A stretch of 64,000 nucleotides of DNA from an uncultured Bacillota bacterium (GCA_963804645.1 CAWDRG010000009.1:384001-448000), one strand, 5' to 3'. Counted from the first letter of the stretch, positions 38,680 through 48,528 are shown. Notes: generated from the letters alone by a model not told the origin. Program-made: numbers and translations.

Positions 38680-39288
38680 CTGAACGACCTCGCATTCCGC
38701 ATCATCCGCGCGCCTGTGCGCGCCCTCGCCTGGGCGCTGTTCGGGGTGTCCACGCACGGGTTCGAACGCATTCCCCGGGGGGCAGCCGTGATCGTCGCCA
38801 ACCACGCCAGCTGGCTGGACCCGATCATTCTCCCGCTCGTCATGCCGCGCAAACCGGCGGTGCTCGCGATGGCGGAACTGTGGCGCATGCCGGGCGTCGG
38901 CCTGGTGATGCGCGCGTATGGTCGGCTCGCCATCCCGCTCCGGCGGGCGGGCGTCGACACGCGGGCACTCAAGCGCGCGCTCGCGGTGCTCCGCGAAGGC
39001 AGATTGCTGATCGTGTTCCCCGAAGGCGCCATCAGCCCCGACGGAACGCTGCGCCCATTTCAGCGAGGGGCCGCGCTGCTGGCCGCGCGCGGGACCGCGC
39101 CGCTCCTCCCGGTCGCGCTCCTGGGCACGCGCGATGCCCTGCCGCTCGATCGCGTCCTCCCACGCCGCCAGCGGATCACGGTGCGCGTCGGCACGCCCAT
39201 TCCCGTCACCGGCACCGCGCCCGAGGAGCTCGACCGCGCCACCGAGGAGGCCGCCGCGCAGATCCGCGCACTGCTCGCGGCGGGCTGA
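38680..39288 (+). CDS. Lysophospholipid acyltransferase (PlsC-like); start uncertain (CTG 38680 or GTG 38605)
   Basis: NHASWLD (HxxxxD), FPEG, F.RGAA; GGAGG 8 nt before CTG 38680. Confidence 0.85.
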   Translation: MNDLAFRIIRAPVRALAWALFGVSTHGFERIPRGAAVIVANHASWLDPIILPLVMPRKPAVLAMAELWRMPGVGLVMRAYGRLAIPLRRAGVDTRALKRALAVLREGRLLIVFPEGAISPDGTLRPFQRGAALLAARGTAPLLPVALLGTRDALPLDRVLPRRQRITVRVGTPIPVTGTAPEELDRATEEAAAQIRALLAAG

Positions 39289-39349
39289 GCCGAGATCGAC
39301 ATCGGAGGCCGTGTGGAGGGCGCCGCGCGCGATCCCCTCGACCTGAGGC

Positions 39350-40651
39350 TCACCAGCGGAGCCGGCCGCACGAATCGTCCGGCCGCCACTCGATGCGGCA
39401 GCCTGGAGAAAGGCGTGCCACGCGCTCGATGATCGCGCGCCCCGCCGCGCCGTCGGCCCACACGGGCTCGCCTCGCTGCGGCCGCGGGCGCCCGTACCCC
39501 AGCGTCACGGGATAGAGCGAGATCGTCTCCAGCGTCCGGCCGTTGAACCGGCACTCCGGCACGACGGCTTCCCAGAATCTCGCATCGGCCGCAAACCCGC
39601 CGCGCGCGCCGCGCGCGTCGAACAGATCCGCGGGGGTCGCGGTGGCCGGCAGGCCGAGCCGCTCGTAGAAGTCGGCCGGCTGGCGCTGGAGAATCTCGTT
39701 CAGGAAGATGAAGTTACCGAGGCTGTAAAAGATCGGCTTCCCCTCGTACACCTCGATCCCGCGCAGCACGTGCGGCCCGTGGCCGAGCACGGCGTCGGCG
39801 CCCGCGTCCACGGCCGCGCGGCAGAACGTGCGCACGAATTCGGCCGGCTGCTCTTCGTCCGCCCCCGCCGCCTCGTGCGCGTGCACGCTGACGAACACCC
39901 AGTCGGCCTGACGGCGCGCATCGCGGATCCACTGGAGGTTGCCGTCAAGATCGGCCTCGTGCGGCGCCGTGTTGACGGCCCACGGCGCCCCGACCCGGAA
40001 CTTGTGGTCGAACAGGGTGGTGATTCCCTCGGGATCCGGCCGCTGGAACCCGAGCTGGATCGAACGGGCGCGCGCGGCGCCGAGCGCCAGCTTGTCGTAG
40101 ACGCCCGAGAGCGCCGAGAGCGTCGCGGCGTCGACGGTCGCCGTGGTGACGTACCGCAGCGGATTGATCCCCGGACGCCCCTGGCAGTCCGGCCGCTGCT
40201 CGCCGGCGGGCGCATGCGGCGGAAACGTACTGGTCACCGAGATCAGCGCCACACGGCCCGTCGGCACCTCGAGATACCCCGGGCACCGCGCTTCGGCCAG
40301 ATGGCGGCCGATCCCGGAGTAGACCACGCCGGCGCGATCCAGCGTGTCCATCGTGCCGAGCAGCCCGCCGTCGCCCCAGTCCGCCATGTGGTTGTTGGCG
40401 GCCGAATAGAGGTTGAAGCCCATCGCCTTGAGGTCGTCGATGATCCGCGGGGTGCCGACGACGTAGGTGCCGCCGCTCGCGGCCTGCGGGCTGCCGAGAT
40501 AATCGTGCAGCGTGCCCTCCAGGTTGATGAAGCGAACATCAGCGGACCGCACCAGCGCCACGAGCGCGTGGTATGCGGGGTCGCGGGAGGCGCCGACGCG
40601 CCTCGTCACCAGAGCGTCGCCTGCGGCGATGAGGATCAAGGGCTGCGCCAC
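39350..40651 (-). CDS. CapA family metallophosphoesterase
   Basis: AAGD, NLE, ANNHMADWG, HAHE, GHGPH, YSLGNF. Confidence 0.9.
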   Translation of the reverse strand: MAQPLILIAAGDALVTRRVGASRDPAYHALVALVRSADVRFINLEGTLHDYLGSPQAASGGTYVVGTPRIIDDLKAMGFNLYSAANNHMADWGDGGLLGTMDTLDRAGVVYSGIGRHLAEARCPGYLEVPTGRVALISVTSTFPPHAPAGEQRPDCQGRPGINPLRYVTTATVDAATLSALSGVYDKLALGAARARSIQLGFQRPDPEGITTLFDHKFRVGAPWAVNTAPHEADLDGNLQWIRDARRQADWVFVSVHAHEAAGADEEQPAEFVRTFCRAAVDAGADAVLGHGPHVLRGIEVYEGKPIFYSLGNFIFLNEILQRQPADFYERLGLPATATPADLFDARGARGGFAADARFWEAVVPECRFNGRTLETISLYPVTLGYGRPRPQRGEPVWADGAAGRAIIERVARLSPGCRIEWRPDDSCGRLRW

Positions 40652-40726
40652 GCGAGGGTCCTTTCGAACAAGAGATGCGTGGCTATTCTTCCGCCGAGAC
40701 GGCAACTCCTCGCGGGCGCGACAGGG

Positions 40727-41323
40727 TTACCGGTCTGCCCGAAGCCAGCCCTCGAGCCGGGCCCGCACGGCCGGCCACTCTTCAAGCAGAATGCTGTAGT
40801 AGACGGAATCCCGGAGATACCCGTCAGGCATGATCCGGTGATGGCGGAGCACACCCTCGCGCACCGCGCCTAGCCGCTCGATCGCCCGCTGGGATCGCGT
40901 GTTCCGGGCGTCGGTCTTCAGCTGGACCCGAATCATCTGCAGCGTTTCGAAGCAGTGCCGGGTCAGGAGATACTTGCATTCCGTGTTGATCGGCGTCTGC
41001 CAGACGGCGGGCTCGAGCCAGGTCCATCCGATCTCGATGTTGCGGTGGGCCGCCGTGATGTCCAAGAACCGCGTGCTTCCGACGATCCGGCCCGAGCGGC
41101 GCTCGCGGATGACGAACGGCAGTTCCGCCCCTTGGTCACGCGCCCGCAGCGCGTCCCGAATCAGCCGTGCCATGTCGTCGCGGCCGCTGATCTGCATCGG
41201 CATGTACGGCCAGATCTCCGGGCTCCGGCCGGCGTCGATCAGCCCGTCGAGATGGGCTTCCTCCATCGGCACCAGCGCGACGTGCTCGCCGACCAGTTCC
41301 ACGGGCTCCACGACCACGGCCAT
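40727..41323 (-). CDS. GNAT acetyltransferase, RimJ/RimL type
   Basis: VGSTRF, EIGWTWL, NTECKYLL, KTDARNTRSQRAIERLGA. Confidence 0.92.
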   Translation of the reverse strand: MAVVVEPVELVGEHVALVPMEEAHLDGLIDAGRSPEIWPYMPMQISGRDDMARLIRDALRARDQGAELPFVIRERRSGRIVGSTRFLDITAAHRNIEIGWTWLEPAVWQTPINTECKYLLTRHCFETLQMIRVQLKTDARNTRSQRAIERLGAVREGVLRHHRIMPDGYLRDSVYYSILLEEWPAVRARLEGWLRADR

Positions 41324-41353
41324 GCGCGCTCCCCCTTTTTGGCGAGACCCGGC

Positions 41354-42076
41354 CTACCGCGCCGGCCCGAGGCTCCGGCCCAACCCCGCGAGGCTCGGGG
41401 CGGCGGCCATCAGCACGATCACGACCAGCAGCGCGGGCAGCAGGTTGGCCGCTCGAACCGCGCGCACGCGGAGCAGCGTCAGGCCGATGCCGAGGACCAG
41501 CACCCCGCCGGTTGCCGTGAACTCGCGGGTGACGTCCGGCGTCATCACCGCCTGCGCGGCCTGCGCCAGCAGCGTCAGCGCGCCCTGGTACACGAGGATC
41601 GTCCCCGCCGATAAGAGGACCCCGACGCCGAGCGCCGCACCGATCGCCAGCGACGACACGCCGTCCAGCATGGACTTCGTGTAGAGCAGCGTCGGCGGCT
41701 GGCCGAGCCCCGCCTGAATGCTGCCGAGGATGGTGAGCGGCCCCACGCAGAACAAGAGCGAGCTCGTCACGAACGCGCGCGCAAACGTGCCCTGCTCGCC
41801 CGGGCTTGCGAGGCGCGCTTCCGCCCACGCGCCCAGGCGCTCCAGGCCGCCCTCGATCCCGACCGCCTCGCCGATCCACCCGCCGGCGACGACGCTCAGG
41901 ATCACGACCAGCACGTTGTGGGTGCCGAGCGCCATCTGCATCCCGAGCACCAGCGTGACGAGGCCGATGCCCTGCATGGCGATGTCGCGCATCCGCTCCG
42001 GGATGCGGCGCCGCAGCGCCACGCCGAGCACGCCGCCCGCGAGCACGCTGAGCGCATTGACGATCGTCCCCAGCAC
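41354..42076 (-). CDS. DUF554 family membrane protein
   Basis: MLGTIVNAL, FVTSSLLFCVGPLTILGS, KSMLDG, ANLLPAL. Confidence 0.88.
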   Translation of the reverse strand: MLGTIVNALSVLAGGVLGVALRRRIPERMRDIAMQGIGLVTLVLGMQMALGTHNVLVVILSVVAGGWIGEAVGIEGGLERLGAWAEARLASPGEQGTFARAFVTSSLLFCVGPLTILGSIQAGLGQPPTLLYTKSMLDGVSSLAIGAALGVGVLLSAGTILVYQGALTLLAQAAQAVMTPDVTREFTATGGVLVLGIGLTLLRVRAVRAANLLPALLVVIVLMAAAPSLAGLGRSLGPAR

Positions 42077-42080
42077 GCGG

Positions 42081-42656
42081 CTACGCGGCCGACCGGATCA
42101 TCTCGAGAAAGTACCGGTGGACCCGGTCATCCTGTGCCAGCTCCGGGTGGAACGACGACACCAGGAGCCGCCCTTGGCGCGCCAGCACCGGCCGGCCGTT
42201 GAGCGACGCGAGCACCGTGACCCCGGGCCCGACCTCCTCGATGACCGGCGCACGGATAAACACCGCGTGCAGCGGCGGCGGCCCGAACGCCGGCACGTCC
42301 AAGTCCGTTTCGAACGAGTCGACCTGGCGGCCGTACGCGTTCCGCTCCACCGCGATGTCCATCAGACGGAGCAGCGGCGGCTCTCCCCCGCGCGCGGTCC
42401 GCGCGAGCAGGATCATCCCGGCGCACGTGCCGTACACGGCCATCCCCTGACCGACCCTGACCGGGATCGCGCGGTCGAGGCCGAACTCGACCATGAGCTT
42501 GCCGATGGTCGTCGACTCACCGCCCGGGATGATCAGCCCGTCCACCCGCGCCAGCTCCTCGGGGAGGCGAATCTCCGGGGCCTCGACGCCGAGGCCCCGG
42601 AGCATCTTGCGGTGCTCGATCACATCCCCCTGGAGCGCCAGGACACCTACGTTCAC
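42081..42656 (-). CDS. pdxT: PLP synthase glutaminase subunit PdxT
   Basis: GVLALQG, PGGESTT, GTCAG, RNAYGRQVDSF, FIRAP, FHPE. Confidence 0.97.
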   Translation of the reverse strand: MNVGVLALQGDVIEHRKMLRGLGVEAPEIRLPEELARVDGLIIPGGESTTIGKLMVEFGLDRAIPVRVGQGMAVYGTCAGMILLARTARGGEPPLLRLMDIAVERNAYGRQVDSFETDLDVPAFGPPPLHAVFIRAPVIEEVGPGVTVLASLNGRPVLARQGRLLVSSFHPELAQDDRVHRYFLEMIRSAA

Positions 42657-42686
42657 AGGTCGCGAAGACCTCCGGCCTCGATGCCG

Positions 42687-43571
42687 CTACCAGCCGCGGG
42701 TCTGCAGCAGTTCGGCCTCGGGAAGCTTGCGAATGTCGAGGCCCCGCATCGCGTCGCCGATCCCCTCGGAGACGCGGGCGATCACGTCCGCGTCGCGGAA
42801 GTGAGTCGTCGCCTCCACGATCGCCTTCGCGCGCTTCGCCGGATCGTTCGACTTGAAGATGCCGGAGCCGACGAAGTTGCCGTCGCATCCCAGCTGCATC
42901 ATCATCGCCGCGTCGGCCGGCGTCGCGAGGCCGCCCGCCGAGAAGTTCACGACCGGCAGCCGCCCGAGAGCGCGGGTCTCCACGACGAGATCGTAGGGCG
43001 CCCCGAGCTCCTTGGCAACCGTCATCAGCTCCTCCTCGGGAGTGCCCTGGAGCTGCCGGATTCCGTCCATCACCGAGCGCATGTGGCGCACCGCCTCCAC
43101 CACGTTCCCGGTGCCGGCTTCGCCCTTCGTGCGAATCATCGCCGCGCCTTCGCCGATCCGGCGGAGCGCCTCGCCCAGATCGCGGCAGCCGCAGACGAAC
43201 GGCACCTTGAACAGGTGCTTGTTGATGTGATAGCGCTCGTCCGCCGGCGTGAGGACCTCGCTCTCGTCGATGTAATCAATGCCGAGCGCTTCCAGCACCT
43301 GGGCCTCGACGAAGTGTCCGATCCGGGCTTTCGCCATCACCGGGATCGTCACGGCCTCCATGATCTCTTTGATCTTGACCGGATCCGACATGCGCGCGAC
43401 CCCGCCCTCCGCGCGAATGTCGGCGGGCACGCGCTCGAGGGCCATGACCGCGCATGCGCCGGCGTCCTCCGCGATCTTCGCCTGCTCGGCGTTCGTCACG
43501 TCCATGATGACGCCGCCCTTGAGCATCTGCGCGAGCCCACGCTTCAGCTTCACCGTGCCAACATCTGCCAT
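42687..43571 (-). CDS. pdxS: PLP synthase lyase subunit PdxS
   Basis: [43 protein letters not shown]. Confidence 0.98.
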   Translation of the reverse strand: MADVGTVKLKRGLAQMLKGGVIMDVTNAEQAKIAEDAGACAVMALERVPADIRAEGGVARMSDPVKIKEIMEAVTIPVMAKARIGHFVEAQVLEALGIDYIDESEVLTPADERYHINKHLFKVPFVCGCRDLGEALRRIGEGAAMIRTKGEAGTGNVVEAVRHMRSVMDGIRQLQGTPEEELMTVAKELGAPYDLVVETRALGRLPVVNFSAGGLATPADAAMMMQLGCDGNFVGSGIFKSNDPAKRAKAIVEATTHFRDADVIARVSEGIGDAMRGLDIRKLPEAELLQTRGW

Positions 43572-43629
43572 CGGTGCACCTCCTCGAGTGCTGGCCAGCG
43601 TTCTGCGAGCCGTGGTCGCGCCCGCACGG

Positions 43630-44199
43630 TCAGCCTGCCTGTCCGTTCAGTCCCAACTGCGGCGCGATCGGCCGCAGCGCTTCGATGACAAACGCAATGT
43701 GCTCGTCAAGCGGCACACCGAGCTCCTCGGCGCCGCGCACAATGTCCTCGCGATGCACGCCGCGGGCGAACGCCTTATCTTTCATCTTCTTCCTGACCGC
43801 GGAGACGTCGACGTCCTCCAGCGACCGCGAGGGTCGCACGAGCGCCACGGCGATCACGAACCCGGAGAGCTCGTCCGCGGAGTAGAGCGCCCGCTCCATG
43901 GGGCTCTCGCGCGGGACCCCGCTGTAATCCGCGTGCGTCAGGATGGCGCGGCAGATCGGCTCCGAAACCCCGCGGGCCCGAAGCAGCTCGACCCCTGCGA
44001 ACGGATGGCCCGCCTCCTGCGAGGGATGGCGCTCGTAGTCGAGGTCGTGGAGGAGCCCCACCACGCCCCACAGCTCCTCATCCTCGCCGAACTTTCTCGC
44101 ATATGCGCGCATCACCGCCTCGACCGCAAGCATATGCTTCAGCAACGTCGCCGAAGAAGTCTGCTCCGACAGGATCGCCCACGCATCGTCTCTATTCAT
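43630..44199 (-). CDS. HDIG/HD-domain phosphohydrolase (COG2316-like)
   Basis: [37 protein letters not shown]. Confidence 0.88.
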   Translation of the reverse strand: MNRDDAWAILSEQTSSATLLKHMLAVEAVMRAYARKFGEDEELWGVVGLLHDLDYERHPSQEAGHPFAGVELLRARGVSEPICRAILTHADYSGVPRESPMERALYSADELSGFVIAVALVRPSRSLEDVDVSAVRKKMKDKAFARGVHREDIVRGAEELGVPLDEHIAFVIEALRPIAPQLGLNGQAG

Positions 44200-44240
44200 A
44201 CTTCTCCCTATGCCGTCCTATGTGTTCCTAGGTACACCGG

Positions 44241-44298
44241 TTGACGCAACTCGGCCCATTGGATATATTTCATATAATTCGTGGGTACGATCTGTCAA
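44241..44298. promoter_or_regulatory. Overlapping divergent promoters in an AT-rich spacer
   Basis: Plus strand TTGACG-17-TATATT (44241-44269); minus strand TTGACA at 44293-44298 with a weaker -10. Confidence 0.55.
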
Positions 44299-44340
44299 TA
44301 TTCATAGTTACACTGATGTCGCGATTCTTGAGGCGTTCCT

Positions 44341-45873
44341 ATGGACATCGACTTGTCCCGAGGCACTGAAACCCCGCTCTACCGGCAGCTGCAGTCCGCC
44401 CTCTCGCGACGGATCAAATCTGGAGACCTCAAGCATGGCTCTCGGCTCCTATCGGTCCGGGCGATGGCCAAGGACCTCGGAGTCAGCCTCATCACCGTGG
44501 TACAGGCGTACGACGCGCTTGCCGCGGACGGGTTGGTCCACGCCTCAGTCGGCACCGGGACGTTCGTCGGAAGCCCCACCGCGACGCCCTCCTCGGACAC
44601 GATCGCTCGCGACGGCGGCTGGGTCGCGGAGCTCGGCGAGACCGAGTGGCAGACGGCGCTCCCGACGTACCTGAGCGCGCCACGCACCGCGTCGATGCAG
44701 TCGCTCCTCAGGCCGGCCAGAAGGTCCGGTATCATCTCGCTCACCAGCGGCTCACCCGATCCCAGCCTATTTCCTGTTCGTGCGCTGGGGCGTCTTTGGC
44801 ACAGAGCGATGGTTGTAGACGATCCGAGGAGCCTCCAATACGGCACGCCGCAGGGCGACCTGCACCTAAGAGCGTGGATCGCGACGCACTGCAGCGCGGC
44901 TGGCATCCCCTCTCTGCCGGACGACATCCTGATCACGTCAGGGGTCCAGCAGGCCATCGACCTGGTGGCGAGGACCTTTGTCGGTCCGGGAGATTACGTA
45001 CTGGTCGAGAGCCCCACGTTCCTGACCGCGCTCGACATCTTCGACGGCCGCGGTGCGAAGCTGCTGGGGGTTCCGGTGGACTCGGAAGGCATGCGGGTTG
45101 ATATCGCCGCGAGCTTGGTGGAGCGGTTCCGTCCAAAGCTCATTTATTCGATCCCCACGGCCCACAATCCGACGGGCACGACGATGTCAGAAGGCCGCCG
45201 CCGTCAGCTGGCCGACCTCGCAAGACAGCGCAATCTGCTCGTGCTCGAGGACGACAGCTGCAGCGAATTCACCTACGACGGCGACGCCCCTCCCGCGGTC
45301 AAGGCCTTCGACAGGGGCGGCCACGTGGTTTTCATCAAGGGGTTCTCGAAGACCGTCGTCCCGGGGCTGCGCGTCGGCGGAATGGTTGCGCACGGCCCGC
45401 TGATGACCCGCCTGACCGAGTCCAAGTCGCTGGTGGACCGGTTTACCTCCCCGATGATTCAGGGGACGCTGTGGCGCTATCTATCGGCGAGGCAGTATCA
45501 GCGCGATCTCGAGACCGCCAGGGGGGTATATCGCCGGAGGCGAGACACCGTGCTCCGGGCGTTAGGAGAGCTCATGCCTCGGGAGATCACCTGGACCGTC
45601 CCCGCTGCCGGATTCAATCTCTGGATAAATCTCCCGAGGTCGATTTCCTCCGCCGAGGCGTTTGAGCAGGCGCTGAAAGAAGGCGTGGCGTGCGGGTTTG
45701 GCGATCTCTTCCTGGCTCAGGCGCCCCCGCCAAATGGGCTTCGGATCTCGTTCGCCGATAAGCCGGAGCAGATTCTCGAAGAGGGAATCAGAAGGCTCGC
45801 GGCCGGAATGCGGAAGCTCCTCGACGATGAACTCGGAAGGACCCAGGAGACTGATTTCGTTACCGCAGTCTAG
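44341..45873 (+). CDS. MocR/GabR (PdxR-like) GntR regulator with PLP-binding aminotransferase domain
   Basis: N-terminal wHTH PLYRQL...SVRAMAKDLGVS; HNPTG, EDD, FSKTVVPGLRVG (PLP Lys retained); divergent from pdxST. Confidence 0.9.
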   Translation: MDIDLSRGTETPLYRQLQSALSRRIKSGDLKHGSRLLSVRAMAKDLGVSLITVVQAYDALAADGLVHASVGTGTFVGSPTATPSSDTIARDGGWVAELGETEWQTALPTYLSAPRTASMQSLLRPARRSGIISLTSGSPDPSLFPVRALGRLWHRAMVVDDPRSLQYGTPQGDLHLRAWIATHCSAAGIPSLPDDILITSGVQQAIDLVARTFVGPGDYVLVESPTFLTALDIFDGRGAKLLGVPVDSEGMRVDIAASLVERFRPKLIYSIPTAHNPTGTTMSEGRRRQLADLARQRNLLVLEDDSCSEFTYDGDAPPAVKAFDRGGHVVFIKGFSKTVVPGLRVGGMVAHGPLMTRLTESKSLVDRFTSPMIQGTLWRYLSARQYQRDLETARGVYRRRRDTVLRALGELMPREITWTVPAAGFNLWINLPRSISSAEAFEQALKEGVACGFGDLFLAQAPPPNGLRISFADKPEQILEEGIRRLAAGMRKLLDDELGRTQETDFVTAV

Positions 45874-45904
45874 GACCCGGCTTGGGACGTTGGTTCCACG
45901 AAAC

Positions 45905-46753
45905 CTAGCGCATCAGAATATCGATCACTCGTTCGAGATCAGTCTCCGAATAGAAGCTGAGCTGGATCGATCCAGTTTTCCCATTCTTGGAGATCGTTGC
46001 GGTCGTAGAGTAGCGCTCGCTGATCTGTCTCGCAAGATCGAGCAGCTCCGGATCCTGCGACTTCGACGGCTTGCGTGTTTCACGTGAAACATTCCTCGCG
46101 GAGGCCTTGCTCAGCTCTTCCGTCTCTCTAACGGTGAGCCCTCGCTCCTCCACGGCTTTCCACGCGGCGAGCAGCGCCGCCCGGTCCTGGATGGTCAGGA
46201 GAGCCCTCCCGTGTCCCTCGGAGATCCTCCCCCGGCTGATCGCGGCCTGGATTTCGCTCGGGAGTTCCAAGAGGCGGATCGTGTTCGCGATAGAGGGCCG
46301 GCTGCTCCCGACCACCTCCGAGATCTCCTCCTGGGTCATGCCAAACTCATCGCTGAGTCTTCGATAGGCGGTGGCGCGCTCGATCGCGTTGAGATCCTCG
46401 CGGCGGAGATTCTCGATGAGCGCGAGCTCGAGCATCTCTCGTTCAGACAACTCTCTAATCACCGCGGGGACGCTCGACAGCCCGGCGGACTGCGCGGCAC
46501 GCCACCGTCGCTCGCCTGCCACGAGCTCGTAGCCAGCGCCGGCCCGTCTCGCGATGATCGGCTGGATCACTCCATGGCGCCGAACGGACGCCACGAGGTC
46601 GTCGAACTCCGGCCCCGAGATGTCTCGACGCGGCTGATATGGATTGGGGGATATCCTCGACAGTTCGATCTCCGAAACCGCTCCCTGCGGTGCCGCGTCC
46701 TCAGCCCCAGGAATGAGCGCGCCAAGCCCTCGGCCAAGACCCCGTCTGGTCAT
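45905..46753 (-). CDS. parB: Chromosome partitioning protein ParB/Spo0J
   Basis: GLGRGLGALI, PNPYQPR, AGERRWRAA, ENLRREDLNAIE, SEGHGRALL. Confidence 0.96.
   Translation of the reverse strand: MTRRGLGRGLGALIPGAEDAAPQGAVSEIELSRISPNPYQPRRDISGPEFDDLVASVRRHGVIQPIIARRAGAGYELVAGERRWRAAQSAGLSSVPAVIRELSEREMLELALIENLRREDLNAIERATAYRRLSDEFGMTQEEISEVVGSSRPSIANTIRLLELPSEIQAAISRGRISEGHGRALLTIQDRAALLAAWKAVEERGLTVRETEELSKASARNVSRETRKPSKSQDPELLDLARQISERYSTTATISKNGKTGSIQLSFYSETDLERVIDILMR
46076..46091. other. parS centromere site inside parB
   Basis: Perfect palindrome TGTTTCACGTGAAACA (encodes NVSRET in ParB). Confidence 0.92.
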
Positions 46754-47595
46754 TTGATGCCTCCTCGCTCGTCTGGTGTCCGGTGAGCGCTCCCATGTGA
46801 ACGCTCGGCAGCCCTCAGATCCCCACCGCGTTCCGCAAGTCTCGCGATCAGTTCCTTCGCCAGGGCGGCATACGCCTCAGCTCCTCGGGACGATGGCGCG
46901 TACGAAAGCACGGGCTGGCCGTAGCTGGGCGCCTCCGCGAGCCGCACGCTCCTTGGAATTTCGGTCGAGAATACCAGACCGGGAAAATGCCCCCGGACGT
47001 CGGCCGCGACCTGCTCAGAAAGCTTCGTTCTCGGATCCACCATCGTGAGCACGATGCCCACGACGCCGAGCGCAGGATTGAGGTGCCGCCGAACCAGCGC
47101 GATCGTGTCCATGAGCTGAGCAAGCCCCTCCAGCGCGTAGAACTCGCACTGGAGCGGGATGAGACAGGCTTCCGCTGCCGTCAACGCGTTGACCGTCAGG
47201 AGTCCGAGCGACGGCGGACAATCGATCAACACGAAGTCGTACGCGCTCTCGACGCCTCGCAAGGACGCACGCAGCTTGCCTTCGCGGGCGATCTGCGGGA
47301 CCAACTCGACCTCCGCGCCAGCCAGCCGCACGTCCGATGCAAGAATATCGAGACCAGCAATCGCGGTGGAGACGATCGCGCGCTCGGCGCGCTGCTCGCC
47401 GACGACCACGTCGTAGGTAGCCACGGCGAGACCGGACTTGCTAATGCCGACTCCGCTCGTCGAGTTCCCTTGCGGATCCATGTCGACGATGAGTACGCGA
47501 GTGGCCGACTGAGCGAGGTACGCGCCGAGGTTGATGGCAGTAGTCGACTTGCCCACGCCGCCTTTTTGATTCACGATCGCGAATATGTGCCCCGT
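46750..47595 (-). CDS. parA: Chromosome partitioning ATPase ParA/Soj (apparent ACG start)
   Basis: [T/M]GHIFAIVNQKGGVGKSTT, DPQGN, DCPPSLG, QCEFYALEGL, LAEAPSYG. Confidence 0.95.
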   Translation of the reverse strand, partial: TGHIFAIVNQKGGVGKSTTAINLGAYLAQSATRVLIVDMDPQGNSTSGVGISKSGLAVATYDVVVGEQRAERAIVSTAIAGLDILASDVRLAGAEVELVPQIAREGKLRASLRGVESAYDFVLIDCPPSLGLLTVNALTAAEACLIPLQCEFYALEGLAQLMDTIALVRRHLNPALGVVGIVLTMVDPRTKLSEQVAADVRGHFPGLVFSTEIPRSVRLAEAPSYGQPVLSYAPSSRGAEAYAALAKELIARLAERGGDLRAAERSHGSAHRTPDERGGIK

Positions 47596-47817
47596 GTGAG
47601 TGTGCTCTCTCTTTCAGCGGAGAATGGAGTTACCGACCACCAGTTCCCCGATCTTCATTAAAGTCCTCCAGTCCACTCGGGTTATAATCATATATATAAT
47701 AGCGTAGATACTGTGTTTTATTGTATATCAATGGGTGGCGAGTCGCTCGGACAAAGAGTGGGGGAAGGGTGGACATTCGAGAGCATCGTTGGAACGCGAT
47801 CGGACGTCGTGCAGCGC

Positions 47818-48516
47818 TTACATCGGGCTCCGCTCGGCAAGGCCTGCCCGTCGAGGATAGTCATCCGGCGTGGGCGAGAGTTTTGTGACGACGATCACCG
47901 TGGGACCGCCGCCGGGAACGGGCGCGAACGCACCGGCGGCGCCGCCGAGAATCTCGAGTGCCCGCGCGGCCGCGGCGAGTTCACGGGACGCCGCCCGTCC
48001 TTTCGGAAATACGCCAATGCCACCGACCCGCAGGAGCGGCAGCGCATATTCGGCGAGCACGCGCAGGTCCGCGAGCGCCCGCGCCGTCACCACGTCGTAC
48101 CGGGCCCGGTGTCCCGGCTCTCGTCCGAGCGCTTCGGCGCGCGCGCAGACCACCTCGGTGTTCGAGAGCCCGAGCTCGCGGACGGCGATCTCCAGAAACC
48201 CGGCTTTCTTCCGAGACGCTTCCACCAGCACGATGCGCGCGAGGGGGCGCAGGATCGCGGCGAGAATCCCCGGCACCCCGGCGCCGCTGCCGAGATCCGC
48301 GACCACACCCGTCTCGGGCAAGAACGGGATGACGTCGAGGCCTCCGACGACCAGGATGCGCGCCGCCTCGTCCCGCGTGCGCGCGCCGGTGAGCCGCAGC
48401 CGGCCGCTCCACTCCACGACAAGATCAAGGTAGCGCGAAAGTGCGGCGAACTGAACGGGGGAGAGCGAGATCCCAAGGGCCGCGGCGCCGGACTCGACGA
48501 CCCGGTCCTCGGTCAC
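47818..48516 (-). CDS. rsmG: 16S rRNA m7G527 methyltransferase RsmG (GidB)
   Basis: DLGSGAGVPG, RAE, TARALA, YPRRAG; position next to parA. Confidence 0.93.
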   Translation of the reverse strand: MTEDRVVESGAAALGISLSPVQFAALSRYLDLVVEWSGRLRLTGARTRDEAARILVVGGLDVIPFLPETGVVADLGSGAGVPGILAAILRPLARIVLVEASRKKAGFLEIAVRELGLSNTEVVCARAEALGREPGHRARYDVVTARALADLRVLAEYALPLLRVGGIGVFPKGRAASRELAAAARALEILGGAAGAFAPVPGGGPTVIVVTKLSPTPDDYPRRAGLAERSPM

Positions 48517-48528
48517 AGACGCGAACGA

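Noticed and set aside
45888..45906. parS-like GGTTCCACGAAACC just after parB, and CTCCCATGTGAACG near 46790
   Set aside because: Both need indels or several mismatches to fit the 16-bp parS palindrome.
44200..47800. Visibly lower-GC stretch as a horizontally acquired island
   Set aside because: It contains core parAB and promoter regions; no integrase, att sites or terminal repeats were seen.
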